DNA of 63,575 nucleotides, counting the filler, from Octopus bimaculoides (lineage: Eukaryota), in assembly GCF_001194135.2 (NCBI RefSeq). It is 5 parts of 5 records of this genome, joined end to end, with 100 filler letters (N's around TTAATTAATTAA, not from the genome) between each part and the next. Parts side by side here need not be neighbours in the genome. Positions count along the whole stretch, not along the records: positions 52,655 to 63,575 come from NC_068985.1; 4 more parts are not named here. The stretch is one strand, 5' to 3'. The notes beneath the pieces are model-generated. The model was given only the letters and a program-made list of their open reading frames with translations. It ran no database searches and had not been told where the DNA came from. Shown here piece after piece: positions 61,689 to 63,575 of this stretch. A program made the position numbers and the translations under genes. Every line of letters starts with the position of its first letter. Position 1 is the stretch's first letter.

Positions 61689-62140
61689 AGGAGCTTTTAT
61701 TTATATGCGTTTTGCTCCATTTATTATTNNNNNNNNNNNNNNNNNNNNNNNNNNNNNNNNNNNNNNNNNNNNNNNNNNNNNNNNNNNATTGCTATTATCT
61801 TAAACTCTTGTTGTCCAAATTTGGCCAAATGCCTTTTTTTTTTTCAATGTTTAATTTTGCTTGCAATAGCTGGTTCTTTTGGTCAAACTGTCTTATCTCC
61901 AGCTACTTCAGATGAAAATTGTCAAAGTGTAATACATTGGTTTAGCATCTTTCAAAAGTGTAATGAGTCCCACATACAACAGTTTTGCAAAAATATTTCT
62001 GGCTTATTATACATTCATGGGGTTACGATTTTATGCACCCAACAAAGTATTATTGTTAAGCTGAAACTGTTGCTTTTCTGAAAAAGCGTTTTGGACTTAT
62101 GACACTGTTGCATAATAGCAACGATACGCACACACACACA

Positions 62141-63392
62141 GAGGGTGCAATGGATAAATTGTCACCATTTTATACTTTTAATTTCGCATATGCGCACTGT
62201 TTGCTTTTGATTTTGTCGACTACACATTATGATAGGGTCAGTTGGGCACTGTCTGTGAGAAAAGCACCACCATGATACAATTCTCTCTGCTAGGAATTTG
62301 GAAACAACAAGCTCCAATAGGAACATTTCAGAGTGTTTGGATGTCAATCTGAGGATAGTGCAGAGGATTCAGAAAGAGTTAGATGAGTCTCAGGGTGATT
62401 ATGAAGGTACAGCAGCTCAGAAAACTCACTCTCATCATTCTGATATGAAAAAACTCCTGAATTTGTTGGTGAGATCCAGGCCATTATTGACAATGATTCC
62501 TCCAAGTCAGTCAGGTCCATCACCAGCAACATGAGAGCGTCTGAGTTTCTTATCAGGCAGCTAGTGCATGAAGACATTCAGCATTTCTTATACAAGATGA
62601 GAAAGGGCTAATTTTTATCCCAAGCCATCAAGGACAAGAGGAAAGACTGTGCTATGAAACTTTTGAACAAACTCAAACATCCCCTCCAACCAAAGATGCT
62701 TTGGTTTTTCTCAGACGAGAAAAATTTCTGCCAGGATCAAATGGTGAGCACACAGAACAACTGTTGGCTTGCCATGTTCCCCCAAAACATGTACTAAGAG
62801 TGGTAAAAATCAAATGTCCAGTCAGCATCATGTTGATTGGAGTGATCACTAGGGATGACAGCATTATGCCTTCATTCGTCTTCTCACACTTATCATGGAG
62901 GCCTACATCAAGTGCCTGGAGGAGGTAGTGTTGCCCTGGGTCAAGCGGGTTGTTGCTGGAAGACCCTATGTCTGACAACAGGACTCTACACCATGCCATA
63001 CAAGCAGGAGAACTTAGTCATGGCTGTCAGACAGTTTCTGAAACCACACCACCCCTAACATCTGGCCATCTAACTCTCCAGACTGCAACCTCCTTGATTA
63101 TTATGTGTAGGGTGTAGTTGAGCAAGAGAACAACAAAACTTCTCATGAACTGAAGGCAAGGATTATGGCAGCATTCACCAACTTAAACAAGGATACTGTC
63201 CGGGAGAGTTGCAGAAGATTCTGAATTCATCTGGAGGTCATGGTTGAAACCAATGGTAATTTTATTGAATGCATTTACTCTTTAGTATTTCAAGATATTT
63301 TCATGTAATTTCGGTAAATGTATCTGTTAAAAAAAGATGTCAGCATTATTTTCATTTTTGTGTAATTTAGATGACAATTTATTCAATGTACC

Positions 63393-63395
<3 letters not shown>
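62141..63395 (+). mobile_element. Tc1/mariner superfamily maT-type (DD37D) transposon, near full length, decayed
   Basis: Imperfect TIRs agggtgcaatggataaattgtcac / gatgacaatttattcaatgtaccctg. Transposase remnants: N-terminal HTH, WFFSDEKNF, QQD...H and WPSNSPDCNLLDYY. Confidence 0.85.
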
Positions 63396-63432
<37 letters not shown>

Positions 63433-63575
63433 GGCGTAGGAATACTTCTAGCGGAGAAATGGGTGGATAAGGTAATCGAGGTCGTTAGAGTAAGTGACAG
63501 AGTACTTAAGATCAGACTAGTGCTTCATCATAGATTAGCTACTGTCATCTCAGCCTATGCACCTCAACCTGGGCT
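63433..63575 (+). mobile_element. RTE LINE apurinic endonuclease fragment, running off the window end
   Basis: Open frame GVGILLAEKWVDKVIEVVRVSDRVLKIRLVLHHRLATVISAYAPQPG. Confidence 0.85.

Larger units (their letters stand above)
58655..61690 (+). mobile_element. Penelope-like retroelement (RT followed by C-terminal GIY-YIG endonuclease), inactivated copy with terminal repeat region
   Basis: ORFs 58676, 59228, 59570 and 59813 share one frame. Motifs: QFDISSFY, GSSDSAQIAD, GLYRDD (59138-59149), NFLDVTLDL, SNHP and VVYQC...YIGSSST...RISNH...CPLCNLE. There is a 31-nt inverted repeat (58655-58685 vs 61534-61564) and a hammerhead near the 3' end. Confidence 0.9.

Overview
Repeat-rich, gappy eukaryotic scaffold. 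The SINE/LINE/microsatellite content points to a coleoid cephalopod, most likely Octopus (inference). It has no prokaryotic features. Host coding content I can support: (i) one intact single-exon 13-finger C2H2 zinc-finger ORF (48827-50038, minus), whose base-contacting residues follow a strict three-finger ABC-ABC-ABC-ABC-A code; (ii) one isolated 49-nt RRM exon (9998-10046, plus) resembling DAZAP1/Hrb27C RRM2. The rest is mobile DNA and simple repeats: at least four SINE families; mariner and maT (DD37D) transposons; a hAT element with TIRs and an 8-bp TSD; MITEs; RTE and R4/Dong-type LINE fragments; and a Penelope-like element (RT+GIY-YIG, 58655-61690). That element carries an inverted terminal segment and a fully foldable type I hammerhead ribozyme. 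A second hammerhead (42200-42269, minus) and a non-canonical hammerhead-like fold (40678-40713, minus) occur in other repeats. Most long ORFs in the supplied track are artefacts of N gaps and microsatellites. All family assignments come from motif recognition by eye; no searches were run.
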